From the NCBI RefSeq assembly GCF_001194135.2, contig NC_069007.1, positions 11,364,299 through 11,428,298 of the forward strand: 64,000 nucleotides of DNA. The letters are read 5' to 3'. Made by a program: the position numbers and the translations under genes. Of this stretch, positions 1 through 11,113 are shown piece by piece (the first letter of the stretch is position 1; every line of letters starts with the position of its first letter). The DNA comes from Octopus bimaculoides. Its lineage: Eukaryota. Below the pieces are notes generated by a model, which had not been told where the DNA came from, did not search any database, and was given only the letters and a program-made list of their open reading frames with translations.

Positions 1-44
<44 letters not shown>

Positions 45-46
45 CC

Positions 47-170
47 GAAATGTATAGTATTAAATATCCATCATGGCTGATCTCACCAATCGGTTTCGCG
101 TAAAAAATACAATGGAGTGTTAAGTAATAATCCGATTATATAACTTTATGCTTCTTAGAGTTAGCCTATA
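47..170 (-). repeat. Degenerate copy of the hammerhead-bearing repeat
   Basis: Reverse complement aligns by eye with 54785-54920 (e.g. TACAATGGAGTGTTA, GATTATATAACT). Core is mutated to CTAAGAA and the triplet to GCC. Confidence 0.65.
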
Positions 171-191
171 TGGAAGGGAATATGGCGACTT

Positions 192-229
<38 letters not shown>

Positions 230-302
230 AAGTGCATTTGAACACTGTATAATAAGCTACTTATTATGTATATAGAAGCATATGCACGTGTCCATTTGTG
301 TT

Positions 303-342
<40 letters not shown>

Positions 343-841
343 CGAGGTGAGTATGAAAAGTTTTAAGCCTTCAAGGTCTTTGAGCTTTGAAGTCTTGTAC
401 CATGTTTTGTTTTTTTGAGGCCCAAGACTTTTCACACACCACTCATATGTGTATAATTAAGTTAGTGTGTGTTGAGTTCATATTAACCTTTAAATACTCT
501 GCAAACTCACCACCCCCTGTTCCCACCTCCCTGCCATTTTTCTTCTCAGATCACCAATTTTGTGGTTTTAAAGCATAAACCAGAACCTCAGGTTAGCTTC
601 TACTTCTGCCCAAATTTCCAAATGTTGTTTTGTGACTTTCTGTATTCTTACATTGAAATATTCTGTTACCAACGGACAAAGTGGGGAAAGAAACAAAAAA
701 TAATAAAAATAAGTTTTAAAAACTAATATATAGGTGCAGGCATGGCTGTGTGCTAAGAAGCTTGCTTCCCAATATTCTTAAAGGAACGAAAAATTATCCA
801 GCAACTCTGGCTAATACGAACGAGCCTGGTAGGTGTAAAAG

Positions 842-1010
842 GAGCAAAACTCTGTGGATTTTGGTACAAATTGGAATTTATTGTTCTACTGCACTAATAA
901 TTTAATTTTAGAATTGTATTACCTACATTGGAAGTTAGGTCACTCTCCTTTACTGTTTCATTACTTTTTTGTTATATATTTAGATAATTGGGAATGGTAG
1001 CTGTGTGTGT
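842..1010 (+). repeat. About 170-bp direct repeat, copy 1 (copy 2 at 2029-2195)
   Basis: gagcaaaactctgtg..ttagataat..tagctgtgtg, high identity. Confidence 0.9.
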
Positions 1011-1617
1011 GTGTGTGTGTGTGTAACTGGCATCTCTTGTCAAGAGTACAGGCAACACTCAGGTCGCTGATGTTTGTTGTGCACTCTGCTTTCATTATAT
1101 GATTACCAGTATTCTGTGCATCTGTGTGTAAAGATCAGTTGTGTTTTGCAGGGTTGCTTTATTTCTACCCTTAACTTAGAAATGGAGAAAGACATAGCGT
1201 GAGATATAAAAAAAATAAGCCATTTGGTGGCAAGAAANNNNNNNNNNNNNNNNNNNNNNNNNNNNNNNNNNNNNNNNNNNNNNNNNNNNNNNNNNNNNNN
1301 NNNNNNNNNNNNNNNNNNNNNNNNNNNNNNNNNNNNNNNNNNNNNNNNNNNNNNNNNNNNNNNNNNNNNNNNNNNNNNNNNNNNNNNNNNNNNNNNNNNN
1401 NNNNNNNNNNNNNNNNNNNNNNNNNNNNNNNNNNNNNNNNNNNNNNNNNNATATATATATATACACACACATACATACATACATACAAAAATACCTTGTT
1501 GCTGATGTTGAAATTTCAATGAAGGAGTCTTGGATGTAGGTTAGAAACCAGCTCTTTCTCTATTGGCAGGAAATTTCGAAATAAAACTGAACAATGATAA
1601 ACTTACATACATATGTC

Positions 1618-1835
1618 TTAGTGTGTGTGTTTGTCCCCCACCACTGCTTGACAACCAGTGTTGGTGTGTTTACATCCCAATAACTTAGCAGTTCAGCATA
1701 AGCGACCAATAGAATAAGTACCAGGCTTTAAAAAAGGAAACAAAGTCCTGGGGTCGATTAGTTCACCTAAAACCCTTCAAGGTGCTGCCCCAGCATGACC
1801 ACAGTCAAATGACTGGAACAAGTAAAAGATAAAAA
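1618..1835 (+). mobile_element. SINE family B, 3' half
   Basis: ccaccactgcttgacaacc..cagcatgaccacagtcaaatgactgg. Confidence 0.82.
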
Positions 1836-2189
1836 ATAGCGAACACATTTAAAATTCTTTTTTATTCCAAACCTTCACCTAGGGGTCAGGCTCCATAGTC
1901 CCTCACTAAATACCCCAACCAACCAACCAACCAACATTATTTCCTTCTTAAATACAATGTTTCATTCCTTGTCATTTATTCCACGTGCTTTTAATTTCAA
2001 CTCATTCTTTAATTAAATCAGACCTGCTGAGCAAAACTCTGTGAATTTTGGTACAAATTGGAATTCATTGTTCTACTGCACTAATAATTTAATTTTAGAA
2101 TTTTATTACCTACATTGGAAGTTAGGTCACTCTCCTTTACTGTTTCATTACTTTTTTGTTATATATTTAGATAATGGGGAGTCATAGCT

Positions 2190-2562
2190 GTGTGTGTACG
2201 TGTGTGTGTGTGTGCATGTGTGTGTGTGCGGGTGTGTTTATGTGTATGTGCGTACGTGTGTGTATGTGTGTGTGCATGTGTATGAGTTTGTGTGTGTGTA
2301 CATACGAGTTTGTGTGTGTATATGTATGTGTGCATGTGTGTGTGTGCATGTGTATGAGTTTCTGTGCATACATGTGTGTGTGTGTTTGTGCATGTGTGTG
2401 TTTGTGCATGTGTGTGTATGAGTTTGCGTGTGGTTGTGTGTGTACATGCGCATGAGTTTGTGTGTGTGTGTGTGTACATGTAAGTTTGTGTGCATGTGAG
2501 TTTGTGTGTGAGTGTATATGCGTGAGTTTGTGAGTGTGGTTGCACGTACGTGTGTATGAATT

Positions 2563-2594
<32 letters not shown>

Positions 2595-2600
2595 AGTGTG
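2190..2600. repeat. Complex (TG)n satellite with recurring gagttt interruptions
   Basis: Directly visible. Confidence 0.9.
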
Positions 2601-3015
2601 GGTTATGTTGTAGCTAATGGGAAGATAGTGGAAGTTTAATTGTTTCCTGACAATGTAGATACATGTTTGTTTTAGTAATATAATGGAAAAAGGCAATGGA
2701 GCGTGGCTTAGTGGTTTGAGTAATCAGCTCATGATCACAGAGTTGTGAGTTCAATACCCAGCGACACATTGTATCCTTGAGAAAGACACTTTATTTCACA
2801 TTGCTCCAGTCCACTCAACTGGTGAAAACACATAGTGCTTGCATTTCAAAGGGGTCAGTCTTGTTACATTCCAAGTCCCGCTGAATCTCCCTGAGAACTA
2901 CATAAACCCTTTTGTTACCATATTTTTGTTAACATCTGCTGTCTTTGTTTCAATTAATTTTGAAATTAATGAAGAATTTAGTAAAATAACTTCCTCGTTA
3001 TTAAGCTGGGGTCTG

Positions 3016-3264
3016 AAGGTGGCAGGCTGGCAGAATGGTTAGCACGTTGAGTGAAATGCTTAGCAGTATTTCGTCTGCTGCTACATTCTGAGTTCAAATT
3101 CTGCTGGGGTCGACTCTGCCTTTCGTGGTCGATAAATTAAGTACCAGTGAAACAGTGGGGTCAATGTAATCTACTAGTCTCCTCCTCCCAAAGTAAGTCG
3201 ATGTAATCGACTTAATCCCTTCCCCCAAATCTGAGGCCTTGTGCTTCCAGTAGAAAGGATTATT
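3016..3264 (+). mobile_element. SINE family A with 18-bp TSD
   Basis: TSD ttattaagctggggtctg at 2998-3015 and 3265-3282; B box gagttcaaatt. Confidence 0.9.
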
Positions 3265-3334
3265 TTATTAAGCTGGGGTCTGGAACAAATTAGCATAAAA
3301 TTCTGATGGAAGATTATAATCTAGACCACTTTAA

Positions 3335-3540
3335 CCCTTTAGCATTTAAACTGGCCACATCCGGCCCAAATATTCTATTTGCTTTATGTTCAAACTGATC
3401 AGATCCAGCCTCTCACACCTACCCTACAATGTCCAATCACATCATAAATATCTTGAAGCTATGAGATAATGCAGGGTTAATTCAAAACTATGTGAATAAA
3501 TGAGGATAATATTTGACAGGGTAACCTGAATGCTAAAGGG
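3335..3540. mobile_element. piggyBac-type MITE (family 2)
   Basis: TIR ccctttagcatt/aatgctaaaggg flanked by TTAA on both sides. Confidence 0.92.
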
Positions 3541-4194
3541 TTAAAACATTAAGTTTATGTTGTAGAACCTCGGGTGGTCTCAGGTAGGTTGGTATAGAAA
3601 GGGATAAGCATACACATGTCTATGGAGCGCTCAGCCACTTGCATGTAAATTTCATGAGCAGGCTGTTCCATTGATTGGATCGACTGGAACCCTTGTCATT
3701 GTAACCGACACAGTTCAAGTGCGGGTGTGATTACAATACAGTATGATGGAGGTGAGTTGAGGGTAGCCTGTCGTGGTGGTGGTGGTTGTAGTGGAATCTT
3801 GGGAATAGACTATGATGCTAGTGAAGGTTGTAGTATGTATATTGTGGTAGGAGTTGCTTAATCAAGATGAACAAAGTGTATGTTGTAGTAGGAGTAGCTG
3901 TTTACATTGAGTAATGCTAGTTTTTGATATTGGAAGGGTTAATAGATTACTGCTGTTGTTGTTTCACCCTAACAGACACTCCTACCATGGCTAACCAACA
4001 ATTTTATGGGCCAGAGACTATATTGTCAAAGTATGTTCTTTATTGAGAACAGTAGGATGTGATTTGAGGGAGAGTTGGCTGTTATTTCTAGTAAATCAAA
4101 CACTTTCATTCAGATTCTGTTGTTGGACAACATTGATGAAATCAGTAACAGCAACAACAATGAAAGAAGCCAATGAAGGAAAATGGATGTGGTC

Positions 4195-4590
4195 ACTTGA
4201 CATATTAGAAATAGCAGCCAAGTGTCCTTCAGATTACACCAACCATTTTAGAAAAGTCAGAACACATTGAATAATATATTCCTAGATACTCTGTCTGACA
4301 AAAAAAAATGTGATCATGACTCAGATGTGTTTGATAAATAGTCTGCTGGAGCAAGGTGGACCTAGGGCTAAACAGCAAATGGCATCTGAATCTCTACAAG
4401 GTCCAACCTACCAGAAATGGCAACCAAATCTCCTTCTAGTTACACACACTGCCATTCTAAAAAAAAAGGGAAGGACACAATGAATAATGTAGACCCAGAT
4501 GCACTATGCCTGAGCAAAAGTCAGAATGGTCAGATCTGAATCATGTTTGCTGTACAATGATTGGTCTGGAACCAAACAACAACAATAACA
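4195..4590 (+). mobile_element. Two old repeat family E copies (SINE-like 3' part ending in (AAC)n)
   Basis: agaaatagcagccaa..ctagatact..gggctaaac motif, repeated many times in the window. Confidence 0.65.
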
Positions 4591-5696
4591 GAGTAACGTC
4601 CATCTTTCTTCTCATGTCAGTGCAGAGGAAGACATGTAAGGTACGTAATATAAGATATAAGAGAGACAGCATGAGATAATGGAAGCAGTCTCCAGAACTA
4701 ACACTGATGCCAAAATTAACTCTACCATTCCATTATCAATTTCATAAAACCATTTGGAGATATCCAAATGATGCATTCAGAAATTATTTGTTAATTATCT
4801 CTACCAATCGCGATCATCGTTAAGTGCTTGTCTTTAATCATTCTTTATGTAATATTAAGTATTGTTGTTGTTATAGATGTGCATAAGTTGATTCTAGTTG
4901 TTTGGCAAGTGATTGGTTTTGTAATTTAGTGCCAACACTGGAATAATTACATCACATGAAAGTCATTTTAACCATTTTAAAAATACACAAAAATAGTTTT
5001 ATTAACTTTCCATTTGTGTCTAAATAGTATTTTATTGCCATCAAGTATCAAAGTATTGTATTTTAGCCACTGGCACAATCCCACAGAAACTGATGCCATA
5101 ATTTGTTGGGTTTCACTGCTACCAAGGGTCTCTGCTGGCAAACACGCGTCCTTACCATAGTAAGGTCCATATCCCAATACTAAATACCAATTTTATGTTC
5201 ACATCATTTGTGTAGAATTATATTAGCCAAGGTTTCAATCATCCATCAATTCATTAATAATTTTGTTTTAGGATGTTGGGTAATATTTGAGGGAGATTTA
5301 ACTGGTATTTCTTACAGGTTGAGCTTTATAACATCAAGGCCTCTTCTGGTTTTTCCTGTTAAAAATTAACGAAAACATTGCATTTCATTAGAAACATTAC
5401 CACTAAGGAGTTAGAGATTGAACTCTCTCCAGATTTTCCTATTCAAAAACCTTCAATTTAGTCCTTGCTTTGCTTCTGTTATAGTTCAGCATTTATTGAC
5501 TTTCTGCAGCTGAATATTTTATGAATTCCCTATTTGGTAATTCTTTCCCATTCCTTTCTATTATCCCCCCTCTCTCTCTCCCTCTATTTCTATCGTCGTT
5601 ATCATCATCATACCTCCACACGTTTTAATCCCAAATTCCATTCCACTGTATATTCTTCACTAAATCCATGCCAAGTTTCAACTTAAGAATCTATTT

Positions 5697-6010
5697 AATT
5701 TTCACTCTTTAAGTCATCCATGAAGAGAAGGTGATTTACTTTCTGCCACCGTTCTTTAATACCATACTTAACCATTCCATCATTCTTAGTAACAGTGTTA
5801 AAACTGTTAAACATATCAACAAAAAGTGAAGGGAATAAGCTTATCTCTTTCAAAGACTGCTTTATTGATCTTAATTCTTCATATCTCCAAACTCCTTCAA
5901 CCAAACAACTTCATTCTATTTCCCATTGGTTCATATTCTTTACAATCCCCATTTCCTTGCCTTAGCACCATCTTTAAACATTTCATTATCCAAGAATGAG
6001 GAATCATGTG
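5697..6010 (-). mobile_element. R4/Dong-type reverse transcriptase fragment
   Basis: MIPHSWIMKCLKM and KVNHLLFMDDLK motifs (RT domains 3-5), with frameshifts. Confidence 0.8.
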
Positions 6011-6337
6011 CTTTAGAATTGATCCTTACCTTTTCAAATATTTGAATAGTGCTTCTTCTAATCCTGAGATATTGATTTATCAGGCGTTGCTGTGCGATAA
6101 AGAAGTTTGCTCTGCAACCATGTAGCTTTCATTTCAGTCCAACTGCATGGAGTATTGGGCGAGTGTCTTTTACTGTAGCCTTTTGATAACCAATACCTTG
6201 TGAGTGGCTTTGGTAGGTGGAAACTGAAGCTTGTGTGTGTGCACTCGCATGCATATGTACATACATACACACACATATATATATCATCATCATTTAATGT
6301 CCACCTTCCATGCTAGCATGGGTGGGACCATATATAC

Positions 6338-6368
<31 letters not shown>

Positions 6369-6387
6369 TGTATGTATGCATGCATGC

Positions 6388-6549
6388 AGGCACAAGTATG
6401 ACTGTGGTAAGAAGCTTGCTTACCAACCACATGGTTCCGGGTTCAGTCCCACTGTGTGGAACTTTTGGGCAAGTGTCATTTACTATAGCTTTGGACTGAC
6501 CAAAGCCTTGTGAGTGGATTTAGTACATGGAAATTGAAAGAAACCCATC

Positions 6550-6581
<32 letters not shown>

Positions 6582-6685
6582 TTGTTCCCTCATCAGTGCT
6601 TGACAACAAGTACTGTTGTGTTTCCATAACTTAGCAGTTCAGCAAATGTGGCAGATAGAATAAGTACTAAGCTTAAAAAGAATAA
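6388..6685 (+). mobile_element. SINE family B (tRNA head, CORE-like block, internal microsatellite)
   Basis: tgtggtaagaagcttgct..ggttcagtcccact..ttgggcaagtgtc..(TG)n..gatagaataagtacta. Confidence 0.85.
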
Positions 6686-6698
6686 CTTTTAAAGCTTG

Positions 6699-6788
6699 AG
6701 TGAAAAATATGTAAACACATGAGAGATGAATAATAAGATAGGCTTTTTGTCCTGTACTTATTTCTCATGTGTTTACATATTTTTCACT
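6699..6788. repeat. 90-nt hairpin with 26-bp perfect arms
   Basis: agtgaaaaatatgtaaacacatgaga (6699-6724) is the exact reverse complement of 6763-6788. Confidence 0.92.
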
Positions 6789-6875
6789 TGTTGGTGATAT
6801 CCTGTATACAATATGCACTTTTCATTTTATATATGTATATATATATTTGTTTCTTTGTATATAATTGCATATACT

Positions 6876-6998
6876 TTTTCACTCTTTAAGCCATCCATGA
6901 AGAGAAAGTGATTTACTTTCTGCCACCATTCTTTAACACCATACTTAACGATTCCATCATTCTTAGTAATGATGTTAAAACTGTTAAACATATCAACA
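6876..6998 (-). mobile_element. Partial second copy of the 5699-5821 RT fragment
   Basis: Near-identical to 5699-5821, with the same truncation point after the HLLFMD codons. Confidence 0.8.
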
Positions 6999-7017
6999 TG
7001 TATATCATATGTATATT

Positions 7018-7683
7018 GTTGGCACTCCGTCGCTTACGACGTCGAGGGTTCCAAATGATCCGATCAACGGAACAGCCTGCTCGTGAAATCAACGTGCAAG
7101 TGGCTGAGCACTCCACAGACACGTGTACCCTTAACGTTGTTCTCGGGGATATTCAGCATGACACAGTGTGACAAGGCTGACCCTTTGAATTACAGGCACA
7201 ACAGAAACAGGAAGTAAGAGTGAGAGAAAGTTGTGGTGAAAGAGTACAAGGTTCGCCACCATCCCCTGTCGGAGCCTCGTGGAGCTTTAGGTGTTTTCAC
7301 TCAATAAACACTCACAACGCCCGGTCTGGGAATCGAAACCGCGATGCTATGACTGCGAGTCCGCTGNNNNNNNNNNAATCAACGTGCAAGTGGCTGAGCA
7401 CTCCACAGACACGTGTACCCTTAACGTTGTTCTCGGGGATATTCAGCATGACACAGTGTGACAAGGCTGACCCTTTGAATTACAGGCACAACAGAAACAG
7501 GAAGTAAGAGTGAGAGAAAGTTGTGGTGAAAGAGTACAAGGTTCGCCACCATCCCCTGTCGGAGCCTCGTGGAGCTTTAGGTGTTTTCACTCAATAAACA
7601 CTCACAACGCCCGGTCTGGGAATCGAAACCGCGATGCTATGACTGCGAGTCCGCTGCCCTAACCACTGGGCCATTGCACCTCC
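7018..7683 (-). mobile_element. Young SINE (tRNA head + family C 3' half); 280 bp duplicated by the assembly
   Basis: Minus strand GGAGGTGCAATGGCCCAGTGGTTAGGGCAGCGGACTCGC..GTTTCGATTCCC; CpG-rich, so low divergence. Confidence 0.85.
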
Positions 7684-8089
7684 CATATCTATATAGGCAG
7701 GCCTAAAATATAGGTCATATTTCCTAACTTCACTTCAAAATACTTAGCTGTCCAGTCGTTGATGTTGAGGCTGTGTTTAGCTCCAGATCAACTTTTCAGG
7801 CAAACTTGTAATGCTTAGGAGTGTTCCTGCCATGGCTGTGCCTCTAGAGACAGTGTATCTAGAATAACATTATTCGGTATGACCTTTCTTAAAAAGACTG
7901 ATTTGAGAAAGGTTTGGCTGCTGCTATATGCAGGAAGAGGAAGGATTAAAGAGATTTCCTCATTGCCTTGTTAACCATTTTATGAAAATATATATTGTGT
8001 TGAGAGGTGACCTTATGAGAAAGACTGGCTTCCAAGATCTCTGTGTTTATGTGTGTGTATATATATATATATATATACATATTACTCGT

Positions 8090-8330
8090 ATTCTTTTACT
8101 TGTTTCAGTCATTTGACTGCAGCCATGCTGGAGCACCACCTTTTAGTCAAGCAAATCGACCCCAGGACTTATTCTTTGGAACCCTAGTACTTATTCTATC
8201 GATCTCTTTTGCCGAACCGCTAAGTTATGGGGGCGTAAACACACCAGCATCAGTTGTCAAGTGATGTTGGGGGACAAGCACACACACAAACACACACACA
8301 CACATACATATATACGACAGGCTTCTTTCA
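8090..8330 (-). mobile_element. SINE family B, 3' half
   Basis: ttcttttacttgtttcagtcatttgactgcagccatgctggagcacc. Confidence 0.85.
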
Positions 8331-9250
8331 NNNNNNNNNNNNNNNNNNNNNNNNNNNNNNNNNNNNNNNNNNNNNNNNNNNNNNNNNNNNNNNNNNNNNN
8401 NNNNNNNNNNNNNNNNNNNNNNNNNNNNNNNNNNNNNNNNNNNNNNNNNNNNNNNNNNNNNNNNNNNNNNNNNNNNNNNNNNNNNNNNNNNNNNNNNNNN
8501 NNNNNNNNNNNNNNNNNNNNNNNNNNNNNNNNNNNNNNNNNNNNNNNNNNNNNNNNNNNNNNNNNNNNNNNNNNNNNNNNNNNNNNNNNNNNNNNNNNNN
8601 NNNNNNNNNNNNNNNNNNNNNNNNNNNNNNNNNNNNNNNNNNNNNNNNNNNNNNNNNNNNNNNNNNNNNNNNNNNNNNNNNNNNNNNNNNNNNNNNNNNN
8701 NNNNNNNNNNNNNNNNNNNNNNNNNNNNNNNNNNNNNNNNNNNNNNNNNNNNNNNNNNNNNNNNNNNNNNNNNNNNNNNNNNNNNNNNNNNNNNNNNNNN
8801 NNNNNNNNNNNNNNNNNNNNNNNNNNNNNNNNNNNNNNNNNNNNNNNNNNNNNNNNNNNNNNNNNNNNNNNNNNNNNNNNNNNNNNNNNNNNNNNNNNNN
8901 NNNNNNNNNNNNNNNNNNNNNNNNNNNNNNNNNNNNNNNNNNNNNNNNNNNNNNNNNNNNNNNNNNNNNNNNNNNNNNNNNNNNNNNNNNNNNNNNNNNN
9001 NNNNNNNNNNNNNNNNNNNNNNNNNNNNNNNNNNNNNNNNNNNNNNNNNNNNNNNNNNNNNNNNNNNNNNNNNNNNNNNNNNNNNNNNNNNNNNNNNNNN
9101 NNNNNNNNNNNNNNNNNNNNNNNNNNNNNNNNNNNNNNNNNNNNNNNNNNNNNNNNNNNNNNNNNNNNNNNNNNNNNNNNNNNNNNNNNNNNNNNNNNNN
9201 NNNNNNNNNNNNNNNNNNNNNNNNNNNNNNNNNNNNNNNNNNNNNNNNNN

Positions 9251-9595
9251 NAATAAGGGCAGGGAATCGTCAATTAATAATAGAATTGATAATTAACAAT
9301 TTTGCCAAGTAGTTCAGTATGAAAAAACCTTTATCGGTAAAACCATTTATCATCATAAATATACAGGGATTAGCATTGAGTTGCTTCTCCAACATACTGA
9401 AAATTTAGAAATAGCAGTCAAAGAACTACTGATTCTAAACTACAAATTTTTCTCTAAATGGATGGCGATATTTATGGCACACATAGAACAAAAAACCGGA
9501 GGGGAAAGCATAAACAAAACAAGTCTTTAGTTAATCGGATACGAACGTTTCATGGTTAAGAGAATGAAAAATCCTATTATATATATATATGCACA
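9251..9595. repeat. Unclassified dispersed repeat
   Basis: 9390-9570 is near-identical to 39616-39795; both copies lie between a gap and a (TA)n/(TG)n tract. Confidence 0.75.
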
Positions 9596-10021
9596 CACAT
9601 ATCACCGTCATAAATTGCAGTGTTCATGTTGACATGGTATACAAAATCGATGTTCTGATTCTTAGCTCAAAATTCTCTGTTAACTTTACACCAACTGTAC
9701 AGGTTGATCTCCTAACCATACAACTGGTGTTCTACTGATGTTACTTTTACTGCCAGCTGTGTTTATGGCCTTTCTCACTAATGGCTCCAATCAGTGTACT
9801 CCATATTATAATAACCAGGTGTACACCTGTTTTAAAATGCCTGAATATGCCATGACTATTGATGACTGTAACATACACTCTATATTCTATAGTAAAACCC
9901 TGTAGTACCTCTCTAAAATCATCCCTACTGGTACCCTCTGTAATTCGTATTAATGATGTAAATAAATTACTGCTGCTCCTACCTGTCCTGCAAGATCAAT
10001 TATGAAACAGTTTATCTGATA

Positions 10022-10382
10022 TTTTTCTACTCTAGGCATAAAGTACGAAATTTGGGGGGAGGGGGTCAGTCGATTAAATCGATCCCAGTATGCTACTGGT
10101 ACTTAATCTGTTGACCCCAAAAGGATGAAAGGCAAAGTTGACCTCGTCAGAATTTGAACTGAACATAAAGACAGATGAAACACCGCTAAGCATTTCACCC
10201 GGTATGCTAACGTTTCTGCTAGCTCACCGCCTTAGATATTCTTTTCTACTCTAGGCACAAGGCTTGAAATTTTGGGGGAGGGGGCCAGTTGATTAGATCG
10301 ACCCCAGTATACAACTAGTACTTCATTTATTGACCCTAAGCATTTCGCCCAGTGTGCTAATGTTTCTGCCAGTTTGCCGCAT
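10022..10382 (-). mobile_element. Two tandem SINE family A copies (second internally deleted)
   Basis: Repeated ttttctactctaggca..gaaattt..gggggagggg blocks. Confidence 0.8.
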
Positions 10383-10559
10383 CGCTAATTTGTCTGATAC
10401 TAATGCATTTAGGGTTAAGGTGTCATTGTCTTCAGTTTCTGGAAATGGTTTTCCTGGATGGTTCCACCAACCAAAAAACATAGATATGATACTACTTTCA
10501 GTCTAAAAAGCATTGCTTTAGTCTTCTTCTTGCCTTTAACCCTCCAAAGCGGAGTATAG

Positions 10560-10790
10560 GCCACTTATAATTGAATTCCATGTCACATAATTTCTCGCTT
10601 CTGTACTTATACTCTGCCATTAATGTCCTCCTTTCTCTAGTTCCTTTTGTGTTGATCTACACCCACGAGTTCTTAGGTCTACCCCTCTTTCTATATCCAT
10701 CCGGACTCCACTGTAAAGCACTTTTCGCTACATTTGGTGTGTCCTTTTTGATTGTGCTACCAATCCACTTCACATCTGTGTCAGCTGCAA
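10560..10790 (-). mobile_element. RTE-type LINE C-terminal fragment (different lineage)
   Basis: KWIGSTIKKDTPNVAKSALQWSPDGYRKRGRPKNSW. Confidence 0.75.
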
Positions 10791-10913
10791 GTTCAGGAGA
10801 TCACTGTAGCTTTAGTAAATCTCTTCAAATAACAGCAAGGAAGTTATGGAGTGAATGAAAATTTGCTTCAGGAAGAAAAGTTAAGTCTTCCTGAAGAAAT
10901 TGTCAAACATTAA

Positions 10914-11113
10914 CCCTTTAGCATTTAATCTGGCTGTATCCAGCCCAAAATATTCAACTTGTTTTATGTTCAAATTGTCCAGATCTAGCCTCTCACACGA
11001 GCCCTACAATGTCATTCTAAAAATAAATAGCTACCTCATCAAAATATTAAAGCTACAAGATAATGCATGATTAATTCAAAACAATGTGAATAAATAAGCA
11101 TTACTTTCAACAG
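10914..11113. mobile_element. piggyBac-type MITE family 2, right end missing
   Basis: ttaa-ccctttagcattt start; body homologous to 3335-3540. Confidence 0.8.

Larger units (their letters stand above)
2907..3603. mobile_element. piggyBac-type MITE (family 1) carrying two nested inserts
   Basis: Termini cccttttgttac..gtatagaaaggg at a degenerate TTAA site. Homologous to 57583-57801, 63234-63428 and 26165-26347. Confidence 0.8.
2697..3715 (+). mobile_element. tRNA-derived SINE family C, split by a nested insertion at 2907-3603
   Basis: A box gtggcttagtgg, B box gagttcaatac, CORE-like tccttgagaaagacactt. The tail resumes at 3604 and matches the uninterrupted copy at 26400-26745. Confidence 0.85.

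Noticed and set aside
7087-7656. Perfect 280-bp tandem duplication
   Set aside because: Identical copies flank a 10-N gap, the signature of an unmerged contig overlap rather than biology.
7590-7683. tRNA gene-like A/B boxes (also the heads of SINE A, B and C)
   Set aside because: They continue into multicopy SINE bodies and lack a complete cloverleaf, so they are not tRNA genes.
9535-9575. GAAAC-GTTC-GTA half-hammerhead on the minus strand (also near 39770)
   Set aside because: No CUGANGA segment upstream in either copy.
9730-9995. About 80-codon minus-strand open frame (..IEYRVYVTVINSHG..) faintly like fibronectin type III
   Set aside because: No convincing family motif, no downstream donor, and within chance expectation.
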